Assembly: GCF_006345805.1 (NCBI RefSeq)
Contig: NC_043005.1
Coordinates: 74,586,001 to 74,650,000, forward strand
Length of the DNA: 64,000 nucleotides
DNA from: Octopus sinensis
Lineage: Eukaryota
Reading direction: 5' to 3'
Of this stretch, positions 52,359 through 63,052 are shown one piece after another (the stretch's first letter is position 1; every line of letters starts with the position of its first letter). The notes under the pieces were generated by a model. That model had not been told where the DNA came from and made no database searches. It saw only the letters and a program-made list of their open reading frames with translations. The translations under genes were made by a program, and so were the position numbers.

Positions 52359-52939
52359 GAGAAAGAAGCAACAAGAATGGATTGGTTTTTAGTACAATTG
52401 TTTCATACAAAGACAGGCTTTATTACAAGTTGCAAAAATTGCAGCAGATAAAAGCGTCCCGTACTCATCAGCTAAAATACATTTGAGTTCTCTAGACATC
52501 TTAGTGGGTGAGGTTATACTCATGAGATATTGGAGATAGTTCCATTAGAGGCAGATATAGGTTGTAAACAGTTTTCCAAAGTTCCTTAATGATGATGCAC
52601 AGTCTTATCACAGATTTTTAAAAAAAACTTATTAGTTTCGAAGAGAAGATTCTCTTCGAAACTAATAAGTTTTTTTAAAAATCTGTGATAAGACTGTGCA
52701 TCATCATTAAGGAACTTTGGAAAACTGTTTACAACCTATATCTGCCTCTAATGGAACTATCTCCAATATCTCATGAGTATAACCTCACCCACTAAGATGT
52801 CTAGAGAACTCAAATGTATTTTAGCTGATGAGTACGGGACGCTTTTATCTGCTGCAATTTTTGCAACTTGTAATAAAGCCTGTCTTTGTATGAAACAATT
52901 GTACTAAAAACCAATCCATTCTTGTTGCTTCTTTCTCGT
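52357..52939. repeat. Near-perfect palindrome of about 580 bp (2-nt loop at 52648-52649)
   Basis: The arms are about 290 bp each. The only difference seen is an A8/T7 homopolymer. This explains the identical ORFs at 52283+ and 52810-. Confidence 0.95.
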
Positions 52940-53053
52940 TTATAATCACCCCACATTACTGTATGGATAACACCATATAGTTTTTCTGGTGCATCTAAGT
53001 TAAGTACCACATTCAAGTAAATTCATTGGAAGTTACTTGAATCTTAATTGCTT

Positions 53054-53055
<2 letters not shown>

Positions 53056-53100
<45 letters not shown>

Positions 53101-53246
53101 TAAATATATATATAAATATAAATATATATATAAATATATAAATATATATATAAATATGTATATAAATATATATATAAATATATATATATAAATATGTATA
53201 TAAATATATATAAATATGTATATAATATATATATAATATATATATA

Positions 53247-53342
<96 letters not shown>
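53056..53342. repeat. Long (AT)n / ATATAAAT compound microsatellite
   Basis: Read directly. Many other (AT)n, (AC)n and (CAT)n tracts occur across the window. Confidence 0.95.
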
Positions 53343-53343
<1 letters not shown>

Positions 53344-54947
53344 TAGAACCGTATCGCTTGTTTTCAAAGAACGATTGTTGTGACGCAGTTCAATCCAAAA
53401 GAAGGAAAGTGACTTGAGCTAAAATAAATAAATAAATAAATAAATAAATATATACATAAATAAATAAATCTTGGCTGTGATTAATGATTATCGATAGTGA
53501 CATATGACAGCTAGGAATTTGACTAACGTGCTATGTAAGTCGTTTTCTTCTCCTCTTCATTTAAGATCGCCGATTGATTTCAGCATATATTCGTAAACAT
53601 TAAGAATAGTCTGCAAACACGAAAGTATATTTCTGCAAGCATATGTTCCCCATTGATTCTTTCGATTAAACTGTACACGGTTAGTAACTAAACAGACATG
53701 AAAATAACTAAGCTACTAATCCAAACTCAAATAGATCACGGCAATATATTCGGTGATTATTGACTTACAAATAAGTTTCTATTGCTTCTGCAGTAAGGAA
53801 AACAATATGGCGGGATCTATGTAGATGTATAGTGCATGTGTCTGTGTACGACGTTGTGTGTGTGTGTGTAGGTTAAATGAGTGTACGTTCGCGTATATGT
53901 ATGTGTGAGAGTGTGTCGTGGACGAGTGAGTGTGTGTATGTGAGAGGCAGAGAGAGTGTATGTATGTGTGTGTGCGTTGATGATTTTGTTCTTGCTCTTG
54001 TTTAGCCTCGATTGACCCCCAACTGACAATAACCCAAATCGACAATCACCACCTCCTACCCATCCCACATTACAAACCTAGTAAAACTTTTGGGTGGGGT
54101 CTCTCCTTATTAATGGAGAAGGAATACGTGGCCAAGTGGTTAAGCAACAGGGCTCTTGATCATAAGGTCCTGAGTTCGATTCTTCCCCCGGAAGACATTG
54201 CTTTTTTGGCAAGGCATTTTACTCAGCTGATAAAAATGAGTATTGAAACTGACTAAGCCATCACCCATCATCATGTTACCAAAACTTGCCTCCTTGCCGC
54301 TTTTCTATCACTCGATATAGCTCGCTCCTTCTTAGGCGGCGAGCTGGCAGAATCGTTTGCACGACGAGCAAAACGCTTAGCAGCCATTTCGTCCGGCTTC
54401 ACGTTCTGAGTTCAAATTCCGCCAATGTCGACTCTGCCTTTCATCCTTTCGGAGTTAATAAAATAAGTACCTATTTCTTTACTACCCACAAGGAGCTAAA
54501 CACAGAGAGGACAAACAAGGACAGACAAACGGATTAAGTCGATTATATCGACCCCAGTGCGTAACTGGTACTTATTTAATTGACCCCGAAAGGATGAAAG
54601 GCAAAGTCGACCTCGGCGGAATTTGAACTCAGAACGTAACGGCAGACGAAATACGGCTACGCATTTCGCCCGGCGTGCTAACGTTTCTGCCAGCTCGCCG
54701 CCGTGTACCAGTACAGCACTAGGCAATGTAATCGACTTGCCACCACCCGAATTTGCTGGCTTTGTGCTAAAATTTGAAGCCAATATAGTTAGCTCCCTCT
54801 TCTTCAGCTCTTTTGCAACAGCTTAGTTTCGTTTTCAATCCCACTGTTCTGTATTTTGGGCATGTGCCTTCAGCTATAACTCCGAACAGCCCAATATATT
54901 AGTGGATTTAGCAGACGAAAACTTTCGAAGCCCATCGTATCTTGGAA

Positions 54948-55324
54948 GCACTCCGTCGGTTACGACGACGAGGGTTCCGCTTGATCCGAATCAACGGAAC
55001 AGCCTGCTCGTGAAATTAACGTGTAAGTGGCTGAGCACTCCACAGACACGTGTACCCTTAACGTAGTTCTCGGGGATATTCAGCGTGACACAGAGAGTGA
55101 CAAGGCCGGCCCCTTGAAATACAGGTACAACAGAAACAGGAAGTAAGAGTGAGAGAAAGTTGTGGTGAAAGAGTACAGCAGGGATCACCACCATCCTCTG
55201 CCGGAGCCTCGTGGAGCTTTAGGTGTTTTCGCTCAATAAACACTCACAACGCCCGGTCTGGGAATCGAAACCGCGATCCTATGACCGCGAGTCCGCTGCC
55301 CTAACCACTGGGCCATTGCCCTCC
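54948..55324 (-). mobile_element. tRNA-headed SINE (same head, third tail type)
   Basis: Head matches 2750-2932. The tail (aattaacgtg...gtggctgagcactccacagacacgtgtaccc) recurs as fragments at about 48110, 48650 and 58930. Confidence 0.8.
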
Positions 55325-55661
55325 ATAACCCATCGTATATGTGGGTATGTGAAAGAAATTGTGAGTGTGTGCACGCATTTTTGTATGCGTGTGTATCTTT
55401 ATCCATGTTATCCCCTTCCCTAACGGTTGACAACTGGTATTGGTTTGTTAACGTCCCCGTAACATAGGGGTTCGGAAGATAGAATAAATTCCAGGCTTTC
55501 AAAATACTGGAATCAATTCGTTCGACTAAAAGCCTCGAAGCAGTGTCCCAACATGTCCGCTGTCTTATGAATGAAACAAATAAAATACATTTTACAATAA
55601 GAAATCAGCTGCCCAGTGGATGTTAATATAAAGCTGAAGATCAGTGAAAAAGAGAACACCT

Positions 55662-56062
55662 CTCTTTTTCTCTTTTACTTGTTTCAGTCATTTGACTGCG
55701 GCCATGCTGGAGCACCGCCTTTAGTCGAGCAAATCGACCCCGGGACTTATTCTTTGTAAGCCCAGTACTTATTCTATCGGTCGCTTTTGCCGAACCGCTA
55801 AGTGACGGGGACGTAAACTCACCAGCATCGGTTGTCAAGCAATGCTAGGGTGACGAACACAGACGCACAAACACACACACACACACATATACATATATAT
55901 ACATATATACGACAGGCTTCTTTCAGTTTCCGTCTACCAAATCCACTCACAAGGCATTGGTCGGCCCGGGGCTATAGCCCAAGATGCCACGCAGTGGGAT
56001 TGAACCCGGAACCATGAGGTTGGTTAGCAAGCTACTTACCACACAGCCACTCCTGCGCCTAT
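55662..56062 (-). mobile_element. Major SINE copy with 94-bp flanking direct repeat
   Basis: Consensus match with a small internal deletion. Flanks 55568-55661 and 56063-56156 are near-identical. Confidence 0.85.
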
Positions 56063-56103
56063 TGAATGAAACAAATAAAATACATTTTACAATAAGAAAT
56101 TAG

Positions 56104-56305
56104 CTGCCCAGTGGATGTTAACATAAAGCTGAAGATCAGTGAAAAAGAGGACACCTATGTTAAACTATTGAGAAATCTGCAGTTACTCTATCCAGATTAC
56201 AAGTTCGGGTTTATACCTGTAATTATTGGAGCCCTAAATACCAATCTTGAAAAATTAGGCTTCTTAAAACCAGAAAGGAGAAAGCTAATTCAAAGACTAC
56301 AGATT
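56104..56305 (+). pseudogene. R4/Dong-like LINE C-terminal (restriction-like endonuclease) fragment
   Basis: CPVDVNIKLKISEKEDTYVKLLRNLQLLYPDYKFGFIPVIIGAL resembles the ...NI..K..EK...Y..L...IPxxIGALG end of RLE LINEs. Confidence 0.6.
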
Positions 56306-57761
56306 CATTTGAATAAATTGTCGCATTTTGTGCTCCTGGTTTTTCTGTTTTTTTCCTTTATCTACACGCACACGTATATTGGAAATCAAACCAGCTTTAT
56401 CCATCAACCTCAACTCAACACCGTTAAAGAGGCATTTAGTCATTTTTCTGTATGTTCTGAGTCTACATACCACCTCGTTCATTTTGATTTCATTTTCGAT
56501 GAAACAAATATTGGTTAAGTATTTGTGAGAAGATCTCGCCTCTCATACTGGTCTCCATCCTATGAACTGTCCAGCATTAGAGGCTTTACCAAGAGCCTGC
56601 GCTCTCCTGGCATAGCTCACGGGGTCATTGAGGTACACAAGCTACCTCATTGCAACAAGGATGGGGCCTTGTAGTGAAACATATGCTTTATTCACCACAG
56701 AATAGGATTATATTTTCTTAACTTTCGTCATTATGTACTAAGAACTCCAGAGACAGACACCAATACATTTCCTTACATAACGTGTTTTGTGATAAATGCT
56801 ACAGAATAGACGTGGCTGCGACTCATTTTAATTCACTGATAGAACAATATAGCTTCAATAATGTACTGTAAAATATGTTCTTAAAAAAATATCGTAGATT
56901 TTATTTTTAGAATTAAATTTAAAACTATTTTTAGACTTAAATATGAAACTTTTTATATTTAAATTTAAAACCATTTTAAAACATATGAAACTTTTTTAGA
57001 TTTAAATTTGAAACTCTTTCTAAATTTAAATATGAAACATTTTTTAATTTAAATAAAATTTCTTTTTTTAGATTTAAATGTGAAACTTATCCCCTTCTCA
57101 AAGAGAAACTAAGCTGTTTTGAAATCATTTTTGGATGTAGTTCAATAAAAGATATATTCAAAGCAAAAGAAATAGGACGAATGCTACATGAATGAATGTT
57201 AAACAGCTAAGTCGTGCCACTTGAAAGAAATAGGAACGCAAAAGACGATTAGTCTATTTATTTTAAAACATCTTTCATTTAATGTAATTAGACAAAAATA
57301 TCTTTATTGTCTTCTTGAGTAACAGCTTGAACAGTAACAGCTTAGCGAGAGTTGGGTAATCTTAGAAATTAACATCCATTATCTCTGCTAAATACAATCG
57401 TAACAAAAAAGAATATAAAAAACGGATTATCATTGTACTTAGATTAATTCAGACAAGAATCGGTAGAACAATGGACAAAAATTCCTGGCAGTATTTAGTC
57501 GCGTATTTTCATATTCAGAGTTCAAATACCACTGAAGTCGATTTTGCATTTAATCCTTCTAGATTCGCTCAAATAAGTACCAGTCTACTTTGGATTCAAA
57601 GCCATCGCTTATAATGTTTTCCAAAATTGAAAACTTTAGAAATAATAGGAGAGTATTGTAGTTCGCTTGAAGCATTGTGTATCGTTTGTAAAGATTAAAA
57701 GTTTTGAATGGTACAACAATGCACTATAATGCCTGTTGTAAATTTAATCATCCATAGGTCT

Positions 57762-57799
57762 GATAATATTTCGGAATAAAATTCCTTCTTCAGATATTC
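57762..57799 (-). ncRNA. Hammerhead-like motif (inverted sister copy at about 58544-58580, +)
   Basis: CUGAAGA-A-ggaau(uuu)auucc-GAA-AUAU-U. Stem I is weak. Confidence 0.5.
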
Positions 57800-58171
57800 T
57801 TAGATTGGGTCGCTGCTATAATCGGTTTTCCAACGGCTTTTTTTTTTTTTTTTTCGGAAGCGTCTCAACAGTGATCTCACAAAGCTCCTTCCGGAATTCC
57901 TCATGAGAAGCACGTGAGGTCAGCCATGTCTCAATCTCGTGTGTGCTGGTACATCTGCAGCGCTGCTTCTAAGTTATGTATTATATGTCTTGCAAACAAC
58001 TTGCACATGCAAGTGCTACCAGTTAAAAGCTCCGTATACCGGAAGCTAGCAAGTGTATGGGGTCATCAGGAGAGAATGCGCGCCGTTTCGGGGCCTACCT
58101 CGAAACGGCGCGCATTCTCTCCTTGTAATTTTATAAGTCACACTTCTACCCAATCACTACTCAACAGGCAC

Positions 58172-59254
58172 ACGTTTGCTTAACGTAGTTCTCAGGGAGG
58201 TTCAACGTGATACATCATGAAGATAATTGTCTGTAGAAATCATACATAGTCAGTTTTTCAATTCAGTCGGAATTTGATTACAACAGGAACAAAATGGTGT
58301 GACATGCTTCCAAAAAAATTCTCACCTCGCTGGCGAAAAACAGTAAAAGTTCTCTTATTTGAAGATGAACTGAGGATCACAGTGGCAGTTGATTTTGCCG
58401 CGCTGGTCGGATACAAAATTGTATCCTGATGACATGCAGCTTTCTTTTTTTCCCTTCTCTTCTTTTTCTCTTCTCTTTCTTCTTTTTTGTTTTTCTTATA
58501 AACAATAGATGAACATATTATCACAAATGAACCTACACGCATCCAGAAGAAGGAATTTTATTCCGAAATATTATCAAACTATGGATGATTAAATTGTAAC
58601 AGGTAAATAGCTCGTTGTTTGTATTATAGTGCATTCTAAACTTTTTATTCTTTTAGAAATAATATTTTGATTATTACATTAATCGTTGGAAACTATGCTT
58701 ATTGTCACAGTGTTTTTAGGCATATTTACAAAAGATGAATGAGGCATCTCACCGATTCTGGCCGGCAAGTTAACGTTAACTTTGCCGATTTCCCCGTCTT
58801 ATCGCTTACAACGATGGCCTATACTATCGTATGTTAACTACTTACAGCAAGATGGACTAAACTAATGTTTGCTAAATGCCTGTCGTGGACTGCACAAACT
58901 ATAGTGACTCTAGAGATTTAACAGTAACTGGCACTCCGTCAGTTGCGACGACGAGTGTTCCAGTTGATCCGATCAACGGAACAGCCTGCTCGTGAAATTA
59001 ACGTTTGCTTAACGTAGTTCTCAGGGAGGTTCAACGTGATACATCATGAAGATAATTGTCTGTAGAAATCATACATAGTCAGTTTTTCAATTCAGTCGGA
59101 ATTTGATTACAACAGGAACAAAATGGTGTGACATGCTTCCAAAAAAATCCTCACCTCGCTGGCGAAAAACAGTAAAAATTCTATTTGAAGATGAACTGAG
59201 GATCACAGTGGCAGTTGATTTTGCCGCGCTGGTCGGATACAAAACTGTATCCTG
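58172..59254 (+). repeat. Direct duplication of about 255 bp (58172-58428 and 59001-59254)
   Basis: A few substitutions and one 3-bp indel separate the copies. Confidence 0.9.
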
Positions 59255-59559
59255 CATAAAACTAGACCAATCCAAGAAAAAGATTCGGTCAAGTATTACG
59301 TCATCACACGACCGGTTTAAGTTAGGAACATGCAGGCTGAGCCGATTTCCAACTATTTAGGCCCAAACGATGAAACATTTTATGACAACAGTCTCGTTAC
59401 AAGGGTATTAATATCGATTTGTTTACGAAAGTTTTCAATCATTAAGAGATTAAAATTTTAAGATATTGATAAAGAAAATTGTTACTATTGTAACCGAAAG
59501 AGTATGATCGAGAATATAAGTGACTGAAATAGGGTTCCTCCGAAGGATTTGGGGGGTAA

Positions 59560-59800
59560 TATTACTTGATAAGGTGCATAGGTAGGAAATTGGGAAGTTT
59601 CTCTTGGTTGAGCCGTTACTCCTTCGCACTGAAAGGTCACAGCTCCGGTTTTCTGGATATGTGATTAGGACGTCGCAGGAAAGAATCGCAATACAGATTC
59701 TTCAAGCCAATCCAATTGGTAGGAGTCCTAGAAGCTAACCAAGAGTGAGATGGTTGGATAATATCCACGGTCTCACTCATTTGGTCGCGCTTGGGAATCA
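59560..59800 (+). pseudogene. RTE (Rex3/Expander-like) LINE 3' fragment
   Basis: VEPLLLRTERSQLRFSGYVIR...PIGRSPRS*PRVRWLDNI...WSRLGI, with stops. Confidence 0.7.
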
Positions 59801-61379
59801 AACAGAAAAGTTAAATGACGATTGATTTTGATCGAATCTTATGGAAGAAATGAATGAGAACTCTATTCCCACGATTTTTCCGGGAATTGTGGACGATAAA
59901 AATAAATAAATGGATCATTATTGTAGTTATACGATATGCATGATAAAGCATCGAGGTTTGTAATTCTCTGGCTAGAAATACACTAGATGACGAAATCATA
60001 CTGTAAAAGAATTAAGCCTCATCTAACTTCTTTTTTTTTTAACCCTTCGAGGCACATCTAGATCCTTTTTGAAAAGTGTCTTTAAAGGCAGATGGTTAGT
60101 TTCTGACAGAATCGCTTTCGTAAGACAAAGTGATGCCACCTTTCTACACACTGTACAATTACATAAGCTTCCCCTTCACTGTTCAACCAATTCTGTTGTG
60201 ATTGGGTAGAAGTGTGACTTATAAAAATTAAAAGGTGTCCTCCAGGCATCTACAATATGTGTTCGTATTTTTCTCTTGCCTTTTGCTGCTGCAAAATTGG
60301 AGCTTCTATAAGATGAGTGATAAGTGTTTTAAATACTTTCTCCTGCTCTTTATCCAATTTGAATTCTTTAGATTTAAATTATATCTATGCCGCAATAAAT
60401 CTTCTTTAATACTTTAAACCTGATATCTTTTTGATGTCCTCTTTTGATTTCGAAGTGGCTACTCACACACATATACATAACGTTAGTTTCGCTACTAGCT
60501 CCTGAGATAAGAGAAGCCCCCTTTTCAGAAATATATTCTTTGTCAGAAACGTCAGACTTGTTTTTACTGTTGAGAGATAATTGTGCCTTAGTTAATCTAG
60601 CAACTGTTACATTCTCTCTACTCACTAACTTGATTAAGTGCTAGCATAGATAAGGGCACCGCCTCGATGCATTCTAGCTTCCTCTTCAATCACTTTTAGT
60701 AGTTTCCATTTATTCTGAAAAACACCACTTGAATCCTGAACACCTATTTGATTCTGTACTCTAAGTATAGGTCATTTGTTGTATTAATATCACAGATATG
60801 CTGTGTATCGTCAGATAAAGTTATTTGTTAATGTACATGCTTTTGTAAGAAATGAGTTGGCACTGGATGGGTGCTTCACAATTCCATACATAGTTCATGG
60901 AAGGAAAAGGCGAGGACAAGGTCTCTCCGAACAAATAACAATAATAGTTTATTTCGCCTGAATAAAAATTTCATCTCTGGACATCGGTAGCCTGGATGTC
61001 TTGGTGTGCGAGAAGCAGTAGGGTTGGTAGTTAGACACAAAAACACGAAGGCATTTTCACAGACTCGCAACGTCGCTCGCCGTCAGAATTCCAGCTCCAC
61101 GGAGCTGGTCTAAGTTGTGTCCTGTCTGGTCAGAATTCGGGGCCGAAGAGGATGAATGGGTGGTCAAGCCTTGCTGCTGATGATGATTGCGCATGCGCAT
61201 AAGGGGCTTCCGTCAGATCTCCGGAAAGCTCTAATTCTATGTGCATGCGTGGATGAATGTTCAACAATGGCGTCTAGAACAAGACGTCACTGTACTTTAA
61301 ATGTAGCGTAGAGAAAAAGAAATTTGCGTTTGTTATACCACGGAAACTTGAATCAACTGATGGTACAGGAAATGAATAT

Positions 61380-61802
61380 GGCAATCTTTCGTCTCTAGTA
61401 GACCTTTCCGTCGATTTCCGTAAAAAAATATTTTTTTTTACATATGGGCTTGCGGGAACTTTTGAAGTAATGAGAGCGAAAGAGACTAAGAGAAAGCGAT
61501 TTTATGACGAGGGAAGTTCTTTTGAAGTTACCGTGCATGGCAAGCATTGATGTACATGTGTGTGCGTGTGTGTGTTTGATGGAGTGTGGGAGACAGACAG
61601 TATGTTGTGTAAGTGAAGTGCTTCTGTTAGTGTGTGTGAAGAGACAGAGTAATGTGTGAAAGAAAGAGATAACTGAATTTTTTTACTCGGTGTATGTGTA
61701 TATGTATGTATATTACTTTAAAAGTTCCCGCAAGCCCATATGTAAAAAAAAAATTTTTTTACGGAAATCGACGGAAAGGTCTACTAGAGACGAAAGATCG
61801 CC
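61380..61802. mobile_element. Merlin-like MITE family C (423 bp)
   Basis: Long TIRs ggcaatctttcgtctctagtagacctttccgtcgatttccgt..., 8-bp TSD atgaatat. Confidence 0.85.
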
Positions 61803-62150
61803 ATGAATATGTGTTACTATGTGCCAATATATGTATTTAAATGCGCCTTGTAATCATCCCACATGCCAAGCGGCATCTCTCTCTCTCTCTTTCTTATCCG
61901 GACTACATTTAAAGCATGTCTGACTCTAAAGGAATCTGACAGTATAATAATGCTAATTATTTCTAATCTTTACAACACATCGTTAACTTCCTAAAATGGA
62001 ACTCGTCTGACTGAACAAATCACACTACAACTTGCAACATAACAGTTAATATAAATACGAGGAGGTGCTAAAAACTTGCTAACTTTTAGGGTGTTGCGAA
62101 AGGCTTGGTTGGAGGCCTGACCTTCCGAGTTCTATTACAGGGCTTAGAAA

Positions 62151-62395
62151 GGATCTTTTCCTTTTGAACGGCACATGTCAACACTATTTCTAGTTAACTA
62201 AACACTTTTAAACTTCGTATACTGGTAGAATGTGTTTATAAAACATCATTTTTTTCTTGGCTTTATTGAGAAAATTCTATAGTTTGTAACATATTTCCAC
62301 TTTAAAAATCGAGCATTTCGGCAATTTTAACCACCTCCATTTGGGATGAAAACATTCCGTGCTGTATGAATATGTCCCTCAAAAGGAAAAGATCC
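62151..62395. mobile_element. Merlin-like MITE family B, short variant
   Basis: TIR GGATCTTTTCCTTTTG, 8-bp TSD cttagaaa. The interior matches 35282-35682. Confidence 0.8.
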
Positions 62396-62653
62396 CTTAG
62401 AAAAACTCAAGGATTACTGCAATAAGTGTGTGAATCTGATAGGGGAATATGTTGAATAAAATCATAATTAACTGATCCTCATATTTTCATGTACCCAAAG
62501 CCAGGAACTTTTTCAGCAGCCCTCGTACAAAACCATTCATTTCTGGTGAGGTATTAATTTTTAAATTAAAATATAATCAACTGTCTTTAATAATATTTTC
62601 TTCAATCAGTCCAAAAATGAAACTGCCTGCGGGCAATAAAGAAATATATATTA

Positions 62654-63052
62654 GTCGCAGGAGTGGCTGTGTGGTAAGTAGCTTGCTAACCAGCCACATG
62701 GTTCCGGGTTCAGTCCCACTGCGTGGCATCTTGGGCAAGTGTCTTCTGCTATAGTCCCGGGCCGACCAATGCCTTGTGAGTGGATTTGGTAGACGGAAAC
62801 TGAAAGAAGCCTGTCGTATATATTCATATATATATATGTGTGTGTGTGATTGTGTGTCTGTGTTTGTCCCCTAGCATTGCTTGACAACCGATGCTGGTGT
62901 GTTTACGTCCCCGTAACCTAGCGCTTCGGCAAATGAGACCGATAGAATAAGTACTGGGCTTACAAAGAATAAGTCCCGGGGTCGATTTGCTCGATTAAAG
63001 GCGGTGCTCCAGCATGGCCGCAGTCAAATGACTGAAACAAGTAAAAGAGAGA
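62654..63052 (+). mobile_element. Major SINE copy
   Basis: Full-length match to the consensus. Confidence 0.85.

Noticed and set aside
54125-54190. tRNA-like A and B boxes (also at about 39960-40030 and 441-510)
   Set aside because: No complete cloverleaf or acceptor stem is present. These are SINE heads, not tRNA genes.
60374-60644. Overlapping ORFs on both strands
   Set aside because: No convincing splice sites and no recognisable domain.
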